A stretch of DNA of 53,298 bases from Nitrososphaeraceae archaeon (GCA_035250975.1 DATFEP010000059.1:1-53298), one strand, 5' to 3'. Counted from the stretch's first letter, positions 19,174-29,924 are shown. Program-made: numbers and translations. The notes: a model not told the origin generated them from the letters alone.

Positions 19174-20364
19174 TTATTCTCCTACCACCGACTTGATAAT
19201 CTCTTGAGTTTCTGACGAATTCATGTGCATTCCGTTTTCACTAACATACTCATCAATTACTTCCTCTATTATCTCCAGATAAGTTCTATCGATTCCCTCA
19301 AGTAGTATATTTCCTTGCAAGCTTGCATCTATACTGGATGTACGCAAATCGGATGGAGATAGATTATGAAAATCACTATATCCCAAGGCAGCAGGGATTC
19401 CCCTAATTTCTCCCTTTGTTCCTATCATATGACGGTAAACATTTTCTGCAATCGAGATGACGTCCAAAGGCTTTTCCGAGTAAATATGAGAATTTGCTAT
19501 CAACATGCTTGTAGAATATCCTACAACATCTGCACCAAGTGCTGCTGCCTTTACGATCTTGCCGGCACTGTTTACATCACCTGCAATCACTAATATTGCA
19601 TTATCACCACTTTCCTCTTTCCCTTTATAATAATGATTTATAGCATTCCTTGCATCACAAATTACTGCTATTGCATGTTTTCCCTTGTATCTTACACTTT
19701 TCGTTACCTTTTCTGTATCAAGTATAATTCCATCTGCTTTTGAATCCAATATTGAATTAAAACACAATGGAAAAACATCACTGACATCTACCAATATAGG
19801 GCCGTCAAAATCCTCTCGTAGACTCTTGAGTATCTTCAAAGAAGATTCATCTTTATATTCTAACACCAGTCCTTCTGCTGCAGAGAGTTGTTTATAATCC
19901 ATTAAACTATCTTGCAAAGAAGATTCTGGATAGAACGATATTTTTTTGAATAAGGGATATTTTCTTTTATCTCGCTGTATATTTACTTCTGTTTCTAAAT
20001 CTAAAATTAACCCCAATACATTCCCTTCTTCAGCTAGCCGGTTTAAGGCAAGATGTACAGATTCGAGGGAATGAGAATCCATAGTAATATTTCCATAAAT
20101 TATCAAAGGTATGTTCAAAACAACTTTTCTAGACTTTCCTCTTCCTATAGATATGTCTAGGTTTACAGTTTCTCTGTAAGGATCATATGGCGGTCTTGAA
20201 AGTTGTGCTCCTATCGCAGTTACATAATCCCATAGATTTATTGCTTTGAAATTTATTTCATGAGTCTTTCTAACCTCATCATCTATTGAAGTAGAACGTG
20301 GCTTACCTGTCTTTGCAAGCTCCAACACAGCTTTTCTAATGATAAATTTATCTGCATCATTCAA
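19174..20364 (-). CDS. Degenerate glutamate synthase FMN-barrel paralogue (GltB2-like, no Fe-S motif)
   Basis: AQLSRPPYDPYRE, LVIAGDV..AGKIVKAAALGADVVG and LSPSDLR resemble the GltB FMN domain, but the CX5CX4C and KIGQGAK motifs are absent. Confidence 0.7.
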   Translation of the reverse strand: MNDADKFIIRKAVLELAKTGKPRSTSIDDEVRKTHEINFKAINLWDYVTAIGAQLSRPPYDPYRETVNLDISIGRGKSRKVVLNIPLIIYGNITMDSHSLESVHLALNRLAEEGNVLGLILDLETEVNIQRDKRKYPLFKKISFYPESSLQDSLMDYKQLSAAEGLVLEYKDESSLKILKSLREDFDGPILVDVSDVFPLCFNSILDSKADGIILDTEKVTKSVRYKGKHAIAVICDARNAINHYYKGKEESGDNAILVIAGDVNSAGKIVKAAALGADVVGYSTSMLIANSHIYSEKPLDVISIAENVYRHMIGTKGEIRGIPAALGYSDFHNLSPSDLRTSSIDASLQGNILLEGIDRTYLEIIEEVIDEYVSENGMHMNSSETQEIIKSVVGE

Positions 20365-20406
20365 GACGATTTATCCTCCAACAATTATTGTCGGGTCCAA
20401 AACCTC

Positions 20407-21897
20407 TCAATTACTTTCTCTCCTTCCTTCTATTCTACTATCAATAGCTGTTTTTACCCTTGCCTTTACCAAATCTTTAAAAGTTTCGCCGCCAGCTAAT
20501 GGCAATCCGCTAATCATGCCGGACAACTCGTCTGTTGCAACAAGATCCTCTTTCCTAAGATCATGAATACTTTTTCTTCCTAGGGAACCAGCAATGTTTT
20601 TTAGTTCAAATAAAGTTCCTTTAACATAATTTACTATTCCAGTTACACTTGTCTCTATGTCCAATTTTTCATATGATCCAGTCAAGCCTGCTGGACATGA
20701 ATTTGTATAACAATCTTGCACAAGAGTACATCCCATTGAAAGGAGAAAACCTGTTCCTATACCTACACCATTAGCACCTAATGCAATACATTTAGCAATT
20801 CTTTCTGAATCCCATACACTACCATGAACGATTAATCTGAATTGATCCCTTTCTTCAGGTAAATAATAATCTTCAATCGCTTCTCTCGAAGGCACAAGAG
20901 ATGGTATTATATTTATTCCAATGGTATCTCGAAGTTCCCAAGGAGCAGCACCAGTTCCTCCTACAAAACCATCAATGGAAGCTGCATCTGCATATGATTT
21001 GAGAATTATTTCAATATCATCATATACGCGAGAACATCCAACCTTTACAATTATAGGCTTTTGCCAATCCGTAATTTCTCGAAGCTCCAGAACCTTTGCC
21101 ACCAAGTCTTCAGGTCCCAAAATATCAAGATGTCTTGATGGTGAATGTGCTGCCTTGTAAGATGGAATTCCCCTATTCTCTGCAACCAGATCTGTTACCT
21201 TTGGACCCGGTAATAATCCCCCATGACCTATCTTTGCGCCCTGACCAATCTTTATTTCTATGGCGTCGGCGTTCAATAGATAACTTGGATCTTTCCAGAA
21301 TCTTCCCGAAGCATACTGAGTAACCAATGGATATAAACGAGAAAAAAGGAGATCCCTGTCTATTGACTCTAGATTGTGCTCTTTCAATAATCGATCAGCA
21401 TAGTCCAGGATACTCTCACGTCTTTTTTTGGAAACATATGACCAAGATTCTTCGGAGCCGTACAGTTCCCACGGTAACGCTCCACCCTCTCCAGTATTCA
21501 TTATCATGTTTATCCCTTCTTTAGCAAGCCTGTTTAACGCAAGATGCAGTGCTATTTTAGCAGGAAGTTTTAATGAGCCATAGCTCATCCCAGAAACAAA
21601 AAATGGCACATTAGTAGTTATAACATTGCTAGAATATCTTCCTCCCAATGTGAAGGTAGTATCAATGTCATTGTATCTGACATCATCTCCTTTGGGTCTT
21701 ATCTCTGCTCCAATTATCTTGATAGAAGGAAAATAATCGTTCGGAGAACGTGCTCCTAGACCAGAATATGGAATCTCTGAATCGGTTACTTTTCTTACCT
21801 CAACAATCAGTTTATTTAGATCAAAATAGCTGCTGGATGATTCTGCAGCTTTCAAAATGTGTCTTTTTAGATCTAGAACATCTTTTGAATATGGCAT
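20407..21897 (-). CDS. gltB: FMN-binding glutamate synthase subunit (GltB2)
   Basis: SGMSYGSL, NTGEGG, QYASGRF, IEIKIGQGAKIGHGGLLPGPKV, HSPSRHLDI, GGTGAAP, and the [3Fe-4S] motif CTLVQDCYTNSCPAG. Confidence 0.92.
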   Translation of the reverse strand: MPYSKDVLDLKRHILKAAESSSSYFDLNKLIVEVRKVTDSEIPYSGLGARSPNDYFPSIKIIGAEIRPKGDDVRYNDIDTTFTLGGRYSSNVITTNVPFFVSGMSYGSLKLPAKIALHLALNRLAKEGINMIMNTGEGGALPWELYGSEESWSYVSKKRRESILDYADRLLKEHNLESIDRDLLFSRLYPLVTQYASGRFWKDPSYLLNADAIEIKIGQGAKIGHGGLLPGPKVTDLVAENRGIPSYKAAHSPSRHLDILGPEDLVAKVLELREITDWQKPIIVKVGCSRVYDDIEIILKSYADAASIDGFVGGTGAAPWELRDTIGINIIPSLVPSREAIEDYYLPEERDQFRLIVHGSVWDSERIAKCIALGANGVGIGTGFLLSMGCTLVQDCYTNSCPAGLTGSYEKLDIETSVTGIVNYVKGTLFELKNIAGSLGRKSIHDLRKEDLVATDELSGMISGLPLAGGETFKDLVKARVKTAIDSRIEGRRESN

Positions 21898-21937
21898 GAT
21901 AATTATCCAACTCTAAATGAAATATAGCAAGTGACTA

Positions 21938-23452
21938 TCAGACGTTGCCATACATATAGAATTCTCTTGGCGATGGAATCGATGCAACTTTTGTATGTTC
22001 ATCTTTTTTAATATCACAATACATTTCTAGAAAATCACTTGTAAATGCCGGCTTTAGAAAATCCATATCACTCTCTAATGACTCTATGGCATCCTGCAAA
22101 GATGTTGGCAATTTTTTAATTCCATATTCCATTTTTTTCTGTTCGGATAGTTTGTAGATATCTTCATCTACTGGTTCTGGAACTGAAGATTTTTTGTTGA
22201 TACCATCCAGACCTGCAAGTAACAATGCCGCCTCAACAAGATATATATTAGAACTAGGATCTGGTGTTCTATACTCTATCCTCTTTCTTTTTTCCATTTT
22301 TCTAAAGTGAGCAGGAATCCTTATACTTACTGACCTGTTCATCTTGCTCCATGCAACATTTATTGGAGCCTCATATCCTGGCACTAATCTTCTATAAGAA
22401 TTCGTTGTAGGATTAGTAATGGCACATAATGCCTCAGCATGTTCTATCAACCCTCCTATATAGTAAAATGCAGTTTGACTCAACTCTGCATATTCATCAG
22501 CAGGGTCATAAAACAAATTTACTTCCTCATTTTTTTTCTTTCCCCACAGACTCTGGCTAACATGCATTCCTGATCCATTATCTTGGGCAACAGGTTTTGG
22601 CATAAAATTTGCGACCATTCCACGTTTTGCAGCAGTTTCCTTTACAGTTTTCTTGTATGTGACTACCTTATCAGCCATAGAAACAAGACTATCAAACGAC
22701 ATTTGTATTTCACATTGTCCTGCCGTAGCTACCTCGTGATGATGAGCTTCAACCGTGATTCCAAAATATTGGCGTAGCATGTCGGATACTTCATCCCTAA
22801 AGTCCGTCAAACTATCTGCAGGCGGCGCGGGGAAATACCCACTTCTGAAAGGAATTGTGTATCCTCCACTTCCATTACCATTCCCCCACGGTGCCTCAGC
22901 AGATTCGATAGAATATCCCGTGCCTCCAGAGCAATTAACTGCTGACATGGGATTTGGCAACAGTGTTATCTTGTTGAATACAAAAAATTCCAATTCTGGA
23001 CCCCAATAGCTGTTTTCAAAACCTTTATCCTTTGCAACTTGAGCAGCTTTCTGTGCAATAAATCTAGGATCTCGAGTGTAACGGCTACCATTAAAGCCCT
23101 CATATATATCCACAAACATACGGGCAGCTGTTGATCTGTAAGTATTATTATAATTGTGATGATCTTTATCAAAATAATTTGGTAAAACAGCAAAAGTAGC
23201 TGGATCTGGTTTTAGTATCATATCAGATTCCTGAATCTCTCTGAACCCTCTGATCGAACTTCCATCTAGCCTAGGAATACCATTTTTAAACGCATCTTCT
23301 GTTATCTCATCACCTTGGACACTTATTTGTTGTAAAAAACCAAACGGATCACAAAAATTCAATCGAACCCATTTTATATTCGATTGTTCTATTTCATTCA
23401 TTATCTCCATGCATTTCTTGTTTACATCTAAATCTGTTCGAGCTAATTGCAT
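21938..23452 (-). CDS. glnA: Glutamine synthetase type I
   Basis: LDGSSIRGF, GPELEFF, HHHEVATAGQCEI, FMPKP..DNGSGMH, NSYRRLVPGYEAP, IEYRTPDP. Confidence 0.97.
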   Translation of the reverse strand: MQLARTDLDVNKKCMEIMNEIEQSNIKWVRLNFCDPFGFLQQISVQGDEITEDAFKNGIPRLDGSSIRGFREIQESDMILKPDPATFAVLPNYFDKDHHNYNNTYRSTAARMFVDIYEGFNGSRYTRDPRFIAQKAAQVAKDKGFENSYWGPELEFFVFNKITLLPNPMSAVNCSGGTGYSIESAEAPWGNGNGSGGYTIPFRSGYFPAPPADSLTDFRDEVSDMLRQYFGITVEAHHHEVATAGQCEIQMSFDSLVSMADKVVTYKKTVKETAAKRGMVANFMPKPVAQDNGSGMHVSQSLWGKKKNEEVNLFYDPADEYAELSQTAFYYIGGLIEHAEALCAITNPTTNSYRRLVPGYEAPINVAWSKMNRSVSIRIPAHFRKMEKRKRIEYRTPDPSSNIYLVEAALLLAGLDGINKKSSVPEPVDEDIYKLSEQKKMEYGIKKLPTSLQDAIESLESDMDFLKPAFTSDFLEMYCDIKKDEHTKVASIPSPREFYMYGNV

Positions 23453-23474
23453 ATACTATTCTAAACTAACCTAC

Positions 23475-23481
23475 ATATAAA
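23475..23481 (-). promoter_or_regulatory. Putative TATA box of glnA
   Basis: TTTATAT 23-29 nt upstream of ATG 23452. Confidence 0.55.
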
Positions 23482-23498
23482 GCATATTATATTTTTGG

Positions 23499-23543
23499 TT
23501 AACATATGATAAATAAACCATCCGATCAGTTAACGTACGTTAA
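23499..23543. promoter_or_regulatory. Two semi-palindromic boxes 31 bp apart, candidate Lrp-type operator
   Basis: TTAACATATGATAA (23499-23512) and the perfect palindrome TTAACGTACGTTAA (23530-23543), between glnA and the divergent Lrp gene. Confidence 0.55.
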
Positions 23544-23843
23544 GTAAACTATATGATATTGCCATAAAAAATATTTAAATTGAATTTAGATACATTATTC
23601 AAGAACATATATAAAAAAAGTATATATATGTAATATAGTCCAGAAGCTTCTGTAATTTTTGCAATTGGCATATTAGAAAATACAACGAAAATTCTTTTTT
23701 ATTACTTTATATGTAAATAATCTTTCTCTGAAATAATTTTAAATGCATTATGAAATTCACGGGGGATTATCACACATAACCATAAATATCAAATACTTTC
23801 TATTTGCAAAGTATAAAAATAGTCAGCAAGAACAATAATAATA

Positions 23844-24296
23844 GTGGCTACTATTTCTTTGGATGATTTAGACATAAAGATACTTAAAAAATTGATTTCT
23901 GATGCTAGGTTATCATATCGTGCGATTGCTGATCAAATTGGAGTTTCCCCTCCTACTGTACTTTCGAGAGTAGAAAAGCTTGAAAATAATAGCATTATAA
24001 AATCATATTCAGCAATACTCGATCATGAAAAATTAGGGTATGATCTAACAGCAATAATTGAAGTTACTGCTGTTAAAAATAAGGTCGTCGAAGTAGAAAA
24101 GTTCCTATCAAAATACCAAAACGTATGTGCAATCTATGACATTACTGGTTTAACTGACATGGTAATTGTTGCAAAGTTTAAAAATAGAAAGGAACTCAGT
24201 AATTTCGTAAAAAAAGATTTATCATTGCCTTATGTAGAAAGGACTAATACACATATTGTATTTATAACTGTAAAAGAAGATTTTCGGATAGTATAA
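23844..24296 (+). CDS. Lrp/AsnC family transcriptional regulator
   Basis: LDDLDIKILKKLISDARLSYRAIADQIGVSPPTVLSRVEKLE (HTH) plus a C-terminal RAM domain (YDITGLTD). Confidence 0.95.
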   Translation: MATISLDDLDIKILKKLISDARLSYRAIADQIGVSPPTVLSRVEKLENNSIIKSYSAILDHEKLGYDLTAIIEVTAVKNKVVEVEKFLSKYQNVCAIYDITGLTDMVIVAKFKNRKELSNFVKKDLSLPYVERTNTHIVFITVKEDFRIV

Positions 24297-24682
24297 AGAC
24301 ATATCTGATTAAATACTGACAGAATTTTTGTCCATATTTGAGTATTAATTTTTGACATATGGAATTTCTAATTCATCATGAAAAATATGATCCGTTTTTC
24401 AATTTTGATATTTAATTACAGGAATTCTGTCACCACAGAAAGTGGATTTAATTCGTAATTAAAGATTGTTTATATCTAGGCCTTTTGAAAATAGGAAAAG
24501 CATAAGGGGAACCATTGGAACCTTATTTTGCCATACTTGTTTTCCTAGAATAAAGATAAAGAATAAAGTAAAATAAAAAATAAAAAATTTTTCAAATTCC
24601 ATTAATCTTTACTATAACATAATTAATAACATGTATTTATAATTTTTAATAGAATTATAATATTTTAATTGCTATTTTTTAT

Positions 24683-24870
24683 TAAAATCTATCTTTATGT
24701 TTCCAACGCTATAAGTGATTCTTGTTTTTAATGCTTCTCGTATATTATCCTCTAATTTCTTGCTGATATTTTCTTTATGAGCTTTAGTTAGTTCGACAAA
24801 AGATACATCTTCTATCTCTATATCGATTGAATAATTTTTACTCAATATTTCTAATTCTATGTTTTATTAT
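24683..24870 (-). pseudogene. Coding-like remnant of an unknown gene
   Basis: Start-less open stretch NIELEILSKNYSIDIEIEDVSFVELTKAHKENISKKLEDNIREALKTRITYSVGNIKIDF*; the upstream frame is broken. Confidence 0.3.
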
Positions 24871-25484
24871 TTAAGACTTTTTGAAATAATTGATATAGTT
24901 GAATAATTATAGATACTTTTAAAAAAACATTGTATGCTGATAATATAGTCTTCTTTATGGTATCAACGATAGAACGTTATAATTTCTCTAATGCAATATG
25001 ATACTAACAACCTTCTATAAAATCATGTTTCTATAAATTATGATATCATTAGCTAATTGTACAGGGTAGTTTACTTGTTATTCATCAATATTAAGAATGT
25101 GAAGGAGAAAGATCTAAAAATTGAAAATAACAAATAATAAAAGAGAATTAAAGTGCTAATTCCTAAAACTCAAAAAATATGCGAGTCCATTTTACACAAT
25201 AATATTTTATCTATAATTATAATATCAGATTCATAAATTGCTTCATCGGATAATCTTTATTTTTATCCTCTTTTAAGTTTTAGAACTGTAGGAAAATCTA
25301 TCTTGTACGCGCTTACAAACATTGGCTACATTTTCTATTACACGATGCTGGCATAGCTCATAAGATGGTCAATCACCAAGAAAAGCAAGTCGCAAATAAC
25401 CATTGTTATTAAACCATGCAATCTCTTTTACGTGAGTTATAACATTAATAATTAGCTATTAGAGAAAACAAATATATTTTTTGA

Positions 25485-25817
25485 ATGTTTTTTGAAAATA
25501 AATTGTCTTTTTATATTGTTTTGTGGAATTTCACGGAACAAGGCATTAAAAGTTTAAAGGATTGTTTAAGAAATATTGTGATTTTCAAGACCAATGTAGA
25601 AAGAAGAGGGCATCCCTATCACGGCACTTTTTATCCGGCAGGACAATATGACGCTGCTTCATTGATAGAGGCTGATGATGATAATGCTGTGAAGGAATGT
25701 GTGTTACAAGCTGAAGAACAGGTGAATGTGCGTTCAACAACTCTTAAACCGATATCAAAGGAAGAAGGTCTGGAATTTGAAGATACGATAAGGGAACTTT
25801 TCAGGGTCATCGATTAA
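25485..25817 (+). CDS. GYD-domain protein
   Basis: YIVLWNFTEQGIK, YPAGQYDAASLIEADDD and NVRSTTLK fit the GYD family pattern. Confidence 0.7.
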   Translation: MFFENKLSFYIVLWNFTEQGIKSLKDCLRNIVIFKTNVERRGHPYHGTFYPAGQYDAASLIEADDDNAVKECVLQAEEQVNVRSTTLKPISKEEGLEFEDTIRELFRVID

Positions 25818-25868
25818 TTGAGACATGGCAAAAAAATCTTTGTTTCTATATAACCTGTAGCCTAAATT

Positions 25869-26215
25869 GGGTGTGTTAACTTAAGACTATTTCACCTCCA
25901 ATTTTGGATAGAAATTGTATTACTGATTCTTGTATTGTATAGATAAATGAATAGTTTGATCCAATTGTATACATGTGAAAGATCACAATTGTTATTATTC
26001 TTGGCACATGGATAGTAATCATCAAAGGATTCTGTCCTTTCTTTAAAATACTGCATTACTCTCTATAAGACTTTTCTCTAAAGGTGAATGTAATCTATGT
26101 TTTAGACTCAAAAAGTTACATGCTTGCGGATACCATGTACCACCATCTGTGTATACAGTATGTTTTCCATATTTGGATACAAGAGATCGGATAAAATTCT
26201 CTCCTACAAACATGT
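25869..26215 (-). mobile_element. IS6-family transposase remnant (C-terminal half, frameshifted) with possible right end
   Basis: MFVGENFIRSLVSKYGKHTVYTDGGTWYPQACNFLSLKHRLHSPLEKSLIE, frameshift near 26060, then VMQYFKERTESFDDYYPCAKNNNNCDLSHVYNWIKLF; GGGTGTGTTAAC at 25869 resembles a terminal repeat. Confidence 0.8.
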
Positions 26216-26724
26216 TTTATTTTATTCATATTATATTCATTATTTTATTAAAATTTTAACTCATTTGTGCTCAATATTTCTAATTTTATATACGTCACAT
26301 TTTTTATTTATCCCGCCCAGTCCATCGCTTTGATGCCGACAGGTTTTGATAGCTTTTTACCTATAAAACAAACAAAATGTTAACAAATTTTGTCTAACTG
26401 ATTTAATTACAAATTCATTATTCTTGAATAAAATGGATGATCGAGAAACTGCAACAGCAAATCACCTTCCTAGAATTTATGAATATGAAGAAAACATTGA
26501 AGTTTTGATTACAAATTCAAAATCTGAAGGTAAAAACATGAATATTGAAAATTAAAAATCAATCAAATATATTTTTGTTTTAGATAAGTATAGAGAAAAG
26601 AATTCATATTATAAATACAAATAAACTACCTAGTCAATTTTAATTTTATTTTTTATTCTTTATTCTTTTTTCAACAATCATCCCAATAATAAATTTAGGC
26701 CATAAAAAAGAATTAAGAAAAATT

Positions 26725-27021
26725 CTATATTCTTCTTGCTACTATAGTATGAGTTTTATCAACATACCACCGAATCGAATCTTTGAAGTCTGACCACCAA
26801 TCCAAAAATGAATCACTTGTTTCTGCCTGAAATAATAGGAACCCATTATATTCTGTTCCCCAAGCATGACCGTATTCTCCTATGAGCTCTATTCCTTGAG
26901 GAAGACTATTTTTTAGTTCGTTCCATTCATTCTTTGATTTTTCTTTTTCGTCGCGTGTCATTGATCGAAATTTATAAAATACCAAAAAAACTGTACCACG
27001 TTGACTTACATTATGAGCCAT
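26725..27021 (-). CDS. Conserved hypothetical protein (possible ferredoxin-like/GYD-like fold)
   Basis: 98-aa ORF with GIELIGEYGHAWGTEYNGFLLF; normal coding composition. Confidence 0.7.
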   Translation of the reverse strand: MAHNVSQRGTVFLVFYKFRSMTRDEKEKSKNEWNELKNSLPQGIELIGEYGHAWGTEYNGFLLFQAETSDSFLDWWSDFKDSIRWYVDKTHTIVARRI

Positions 27022-27226
27022 ATTTTATTATAATTATAGTAACAGAATTTAATAAACATTTTATTTCATTTTTTTTACCAAAACGTAATATTAAACCAAT
27101 TAATGTATTTATCTAACTAATATCAGAACACCAAAATCAAAATTGAGACCCACAAAAAATCAAGAAATTCATACACAATGTATGTAGATTAGAAAATAAT
27201 ATTTGTAGACTGTTTTACAAAGTATT

Positions 27227-27885
27227 TTGCCTGCACATCCTCTAATTAAAGGAAAAGTTGAAGTAATGAGACTAGAGGCTGGAAAGATTATTTATGGCCC
27301 TGCTTGTGGTACTGGTGGTTTTCTTTTAGGAGCTTACAACTACATTACAAATAATTATCATCCAGATAAAGAACAAACGAGATTTCTTAAATTTAATGCC
27401 TTTAAGGTAAAGGATATTGATGATCCTGTATCTAGAGTCTGTGTTATAAATATGAATCTACATGGTATAGGTGGTGCAGATAGACTATAGCTGTTGGTGA
27501 TTCACTCATACCAGATACTTGACAAAGATTCGATATGCTTCTAACAAATCCTCCTTTTGGCAAAAAGAGCAGTATTACAGTTTTTGGTGGAGATGGTAAC
27601 GGCAAGACAGACAAATAAGCCATAATCTATTCTATGAGAGACAGGACTTTTAGGCTGCTACATCTAACAAACAACTTATTTCCCCAGGATTTTAAAACTA
27701 TTTTCAAAATAAATGGAAGAGCTGCTGTAGTCGTTCCAGATAACATTCTTTTTGAGGGTGGCGCTGGTGAAAAAGCTAGAAGAAAATTACTCAATCATTT
27801 TGATGTCCACATTGTTTGAGACTGCCAACCGGAATCTTTTATGCTTACTGTGTTAAGACAAATGTCCTATTCTTTGACAAAAAGT
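27227..27885 (+). pseudogene. hsdM: Type I restriction-modification N6-adenine methyltransferase pseudogene
   Basis: Successive broken frames give IYGPACGTGGFL, NMNLHGIG, GDSL, LTNPPFGKKSS, GRAAVVVPDNILFEGGAGEK, RLPTGIFYA and VKTNVLFFDKK. Confidence 0.88.
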
Positions 27886-28042
27886 ATGCAAGCGATAGAA
27901 ATTGCACAGAGAAGGTATGAATATATTTGTTTTTAATAAACCAGACTGTAGAAGCATAGTAATAATAATGACAAGATGATTAAAAAATACTAAGAATATA
28001 TTATATAAAATAATAATATTATGCACTGATTGATTAAGAATC

Positions 28043-28234
28043 ATGAGAAAAGGTCAAAAATTAATAAAAACAGTTTTTCATAAATTCTATTCGGGTAGTG
28101 GAGAAGATGCATCACAATTATTCAATCCGTTCAATCTCAAAACGTTAGATGATGAAGTTATAAGATCGGTAATTGGTAATATTCATGATATGTCAGATGA
28201 AGAATTTGATAAAATAATAACAACTCCAAACTGA
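28043..28234 (+). CDS. Small hypothetical protein or gene fragment
   Basis: 63-aa ATG ORF with protein-like composition. Confidence 0.35.
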   Translation: MRKGQKLIKTVFHKFYSGSGEDASQLFNPFNLKTLDDEVIRSVIGNIHDMSDEEFDKIITTPN

Positions 28235-28739
28235 CCCAAATAATTTTATTTTATTACACTAGCACTTACGTATTTGAGAATAAAATCAAAAATATAAATA
28301 AAAAGAAGGATTTCAGGCATCCCTACATGTTTTTGATTCATATACTGACGAAGTTTATGTTCAGAATTAAATGATTTACCAGACTCAGCATTTGTTGGCT
28401 TTAGTGATTTATGACGGCATTAAAATACGATATACATTCATCCGTTTATTAATTTCTAATGTTTTTGTATGGCTGATTCATCCAGGTACATTTTGATTAA
28501 ATATCAAAATTTTGGAGATTTGCTTTTGGCTCACTAAGAAATAGAGGTTTAGGTCACTGAATAAAATTCTTAATAGGAACTTAAATCCATTCCCACGGCA
28601 TTAAAGATTTTGGGTAATCTCGAGGTCTTTTGGTTTCTTTATTGAATAAAAAGCATATAACCATTCTCCTTCCTTTGGATTGACTTCTTTTATTTTAATT
28701 TACTTTTTATATTATTTTAGTTTATTAGGCATTATTAAC

Positions 28740-29159
28740 ATGCTAGGAGATTTATTTTATGAAGCAAAAGGAAGAATTACGTCTAAAAGAGTATTAGATT
28801 TGGAAGCACCTATAATAGAAAGTTCATATTTTTTAGAAGGAAAAATGAGAGAAATTGAAGTTGAGGAAATAGGAACCTTTACGAGTACTGCAATCTCGCA
28901 TGGGGTTTTCTATGTAGAAGGCAAGGATATTATAACTGTTAAAGGAAGCGATGATGAAATGGCAACTGTCAAAACACAAAGTATTAGTAAACTTGTTAGA
29001 GATTCATCAAAAATAGTTACTGGCTCTAATTTCTATCATTCTTCAAATACAGGAAAATTATCATTCTTGAATAACTTTGTAGGAGTTCATGAAGCCTCAG
29101 TAGACAAGGATGGTCATATTACGTATAAAGTATGGGAATGGAAACCACGTAATCTCTAA
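28740..29159 (+). CDS. Hypothetical protein (beta-rich, ends VWEWK)
   Basis: Probable start MLGDLFYEAKG at 28740; ORF track start is 28680. Confidence 0.7.
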   Translation: MLGDLFYEAKGRITSKRVLDLEAPIIESSYFLEGKMREIEVEEIGTFTSTAISHGVFYVEGKDIITVKGSDDEMATVKTQSISKLVRDSSKIVTGSNFYHSSNTGKLSFLNNFVGVHEASVDKDGHITYKVWEWKPRNL

Positions 29160-29510
29160 TTCTAAACGGAATAATAAATAGAATACTTTAGGACTTTCTC
29201 AAACTTAATTTCTCAAATTTAAAACTATAGAATAATAGAAACATTAATAATATATAACTATATTGAAGTATCAAAAAAATATGACATATTAATTCCCAGT
29301 TTAAATATCGTTGGTCTAACTGATCTTAACAGGAGTGGAGATCCATCCTTGTCTAACTATCAACATTTGATAATTTAATCCTTGGCATAATAATAAAAAT
29401 TGGTCTTTGATTGGATCTAAATATAACCAAGTTAAAAAAAAATGAAGATCGATTTTAATTAGAATATTTGTAAATTAAAAATTTCAATCCTATTTTGAAA
29501 AAATAATATT

Positions 29511-29924
29511 TTATTTGTTGTTGTAAGCTCTTTCCAATTCTTTTACATAGTTGAAATAATTTTGATAATTAAAATAATTTTGAGTTGTATCATTGAAATA
29601 TCTTTGAGCAAATTCAATATTTCTGCCAAATTTTTCTATATTTTCCAACATCATTTCATTTATGAAATTTGTTCGGTTAGTAATATTATCTACAACATTT
29701 TTGTTAATTGTATTGTATGCTTCAATAAATCTTTCCGGAATCCGTGAAGTATTCCAGTAAAACTTTGGTATATTTTCAAGAAATTGGCCATATGCTGATT
29801 GACAGGAATAAAATACGTTTTTTTGTAATTGAATATTATTTTCATATAATCTTCTAGTTTCATCTTGAAATTTACTAATTGCTTTTGTAGCCTCATTTGT
29901 AATTGTAGACATCAACATTAGCAC
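29511..29924 (-). CDS. Hypothetical helical Asn/Gln-rich protein (phasin-like composition)
   Basis: 137-aa amphipathic helical sequence; no motif recognised with certainty. Confidence 0.6.
   Translation of the reverse strand: MLMLMSTITNEATKAISKFQDETRRLYENNIQLQKNVFYSCQSAYGQFLENIPKFYWNTSRIPERFIEAYNTINKNVVDNITNRTNFINEMMLENIEKFGRNIEFAQRYFNDTTQNYFNYQNYFNYVKELERAYNNK

Noticed and set aside
17146-23452. N-methylglutamate pathway (gmaS-mgsABC) for methylamine use
   Set aside because: The domain set is similar, but the synthetase has canonical GS-I motifs (HHEVATAGQCE, PGYEAP) and no mgd genes are present; ordinary GS-GOGAT is more parsimonious.
28320-28400. Minus-strand SGKSFNSEHKLRQYMNQKH resembling a C2H2 zinc finger
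   Set aside because: The Cys ligands and a start codon are missing; at most a tiny decayed remnant.
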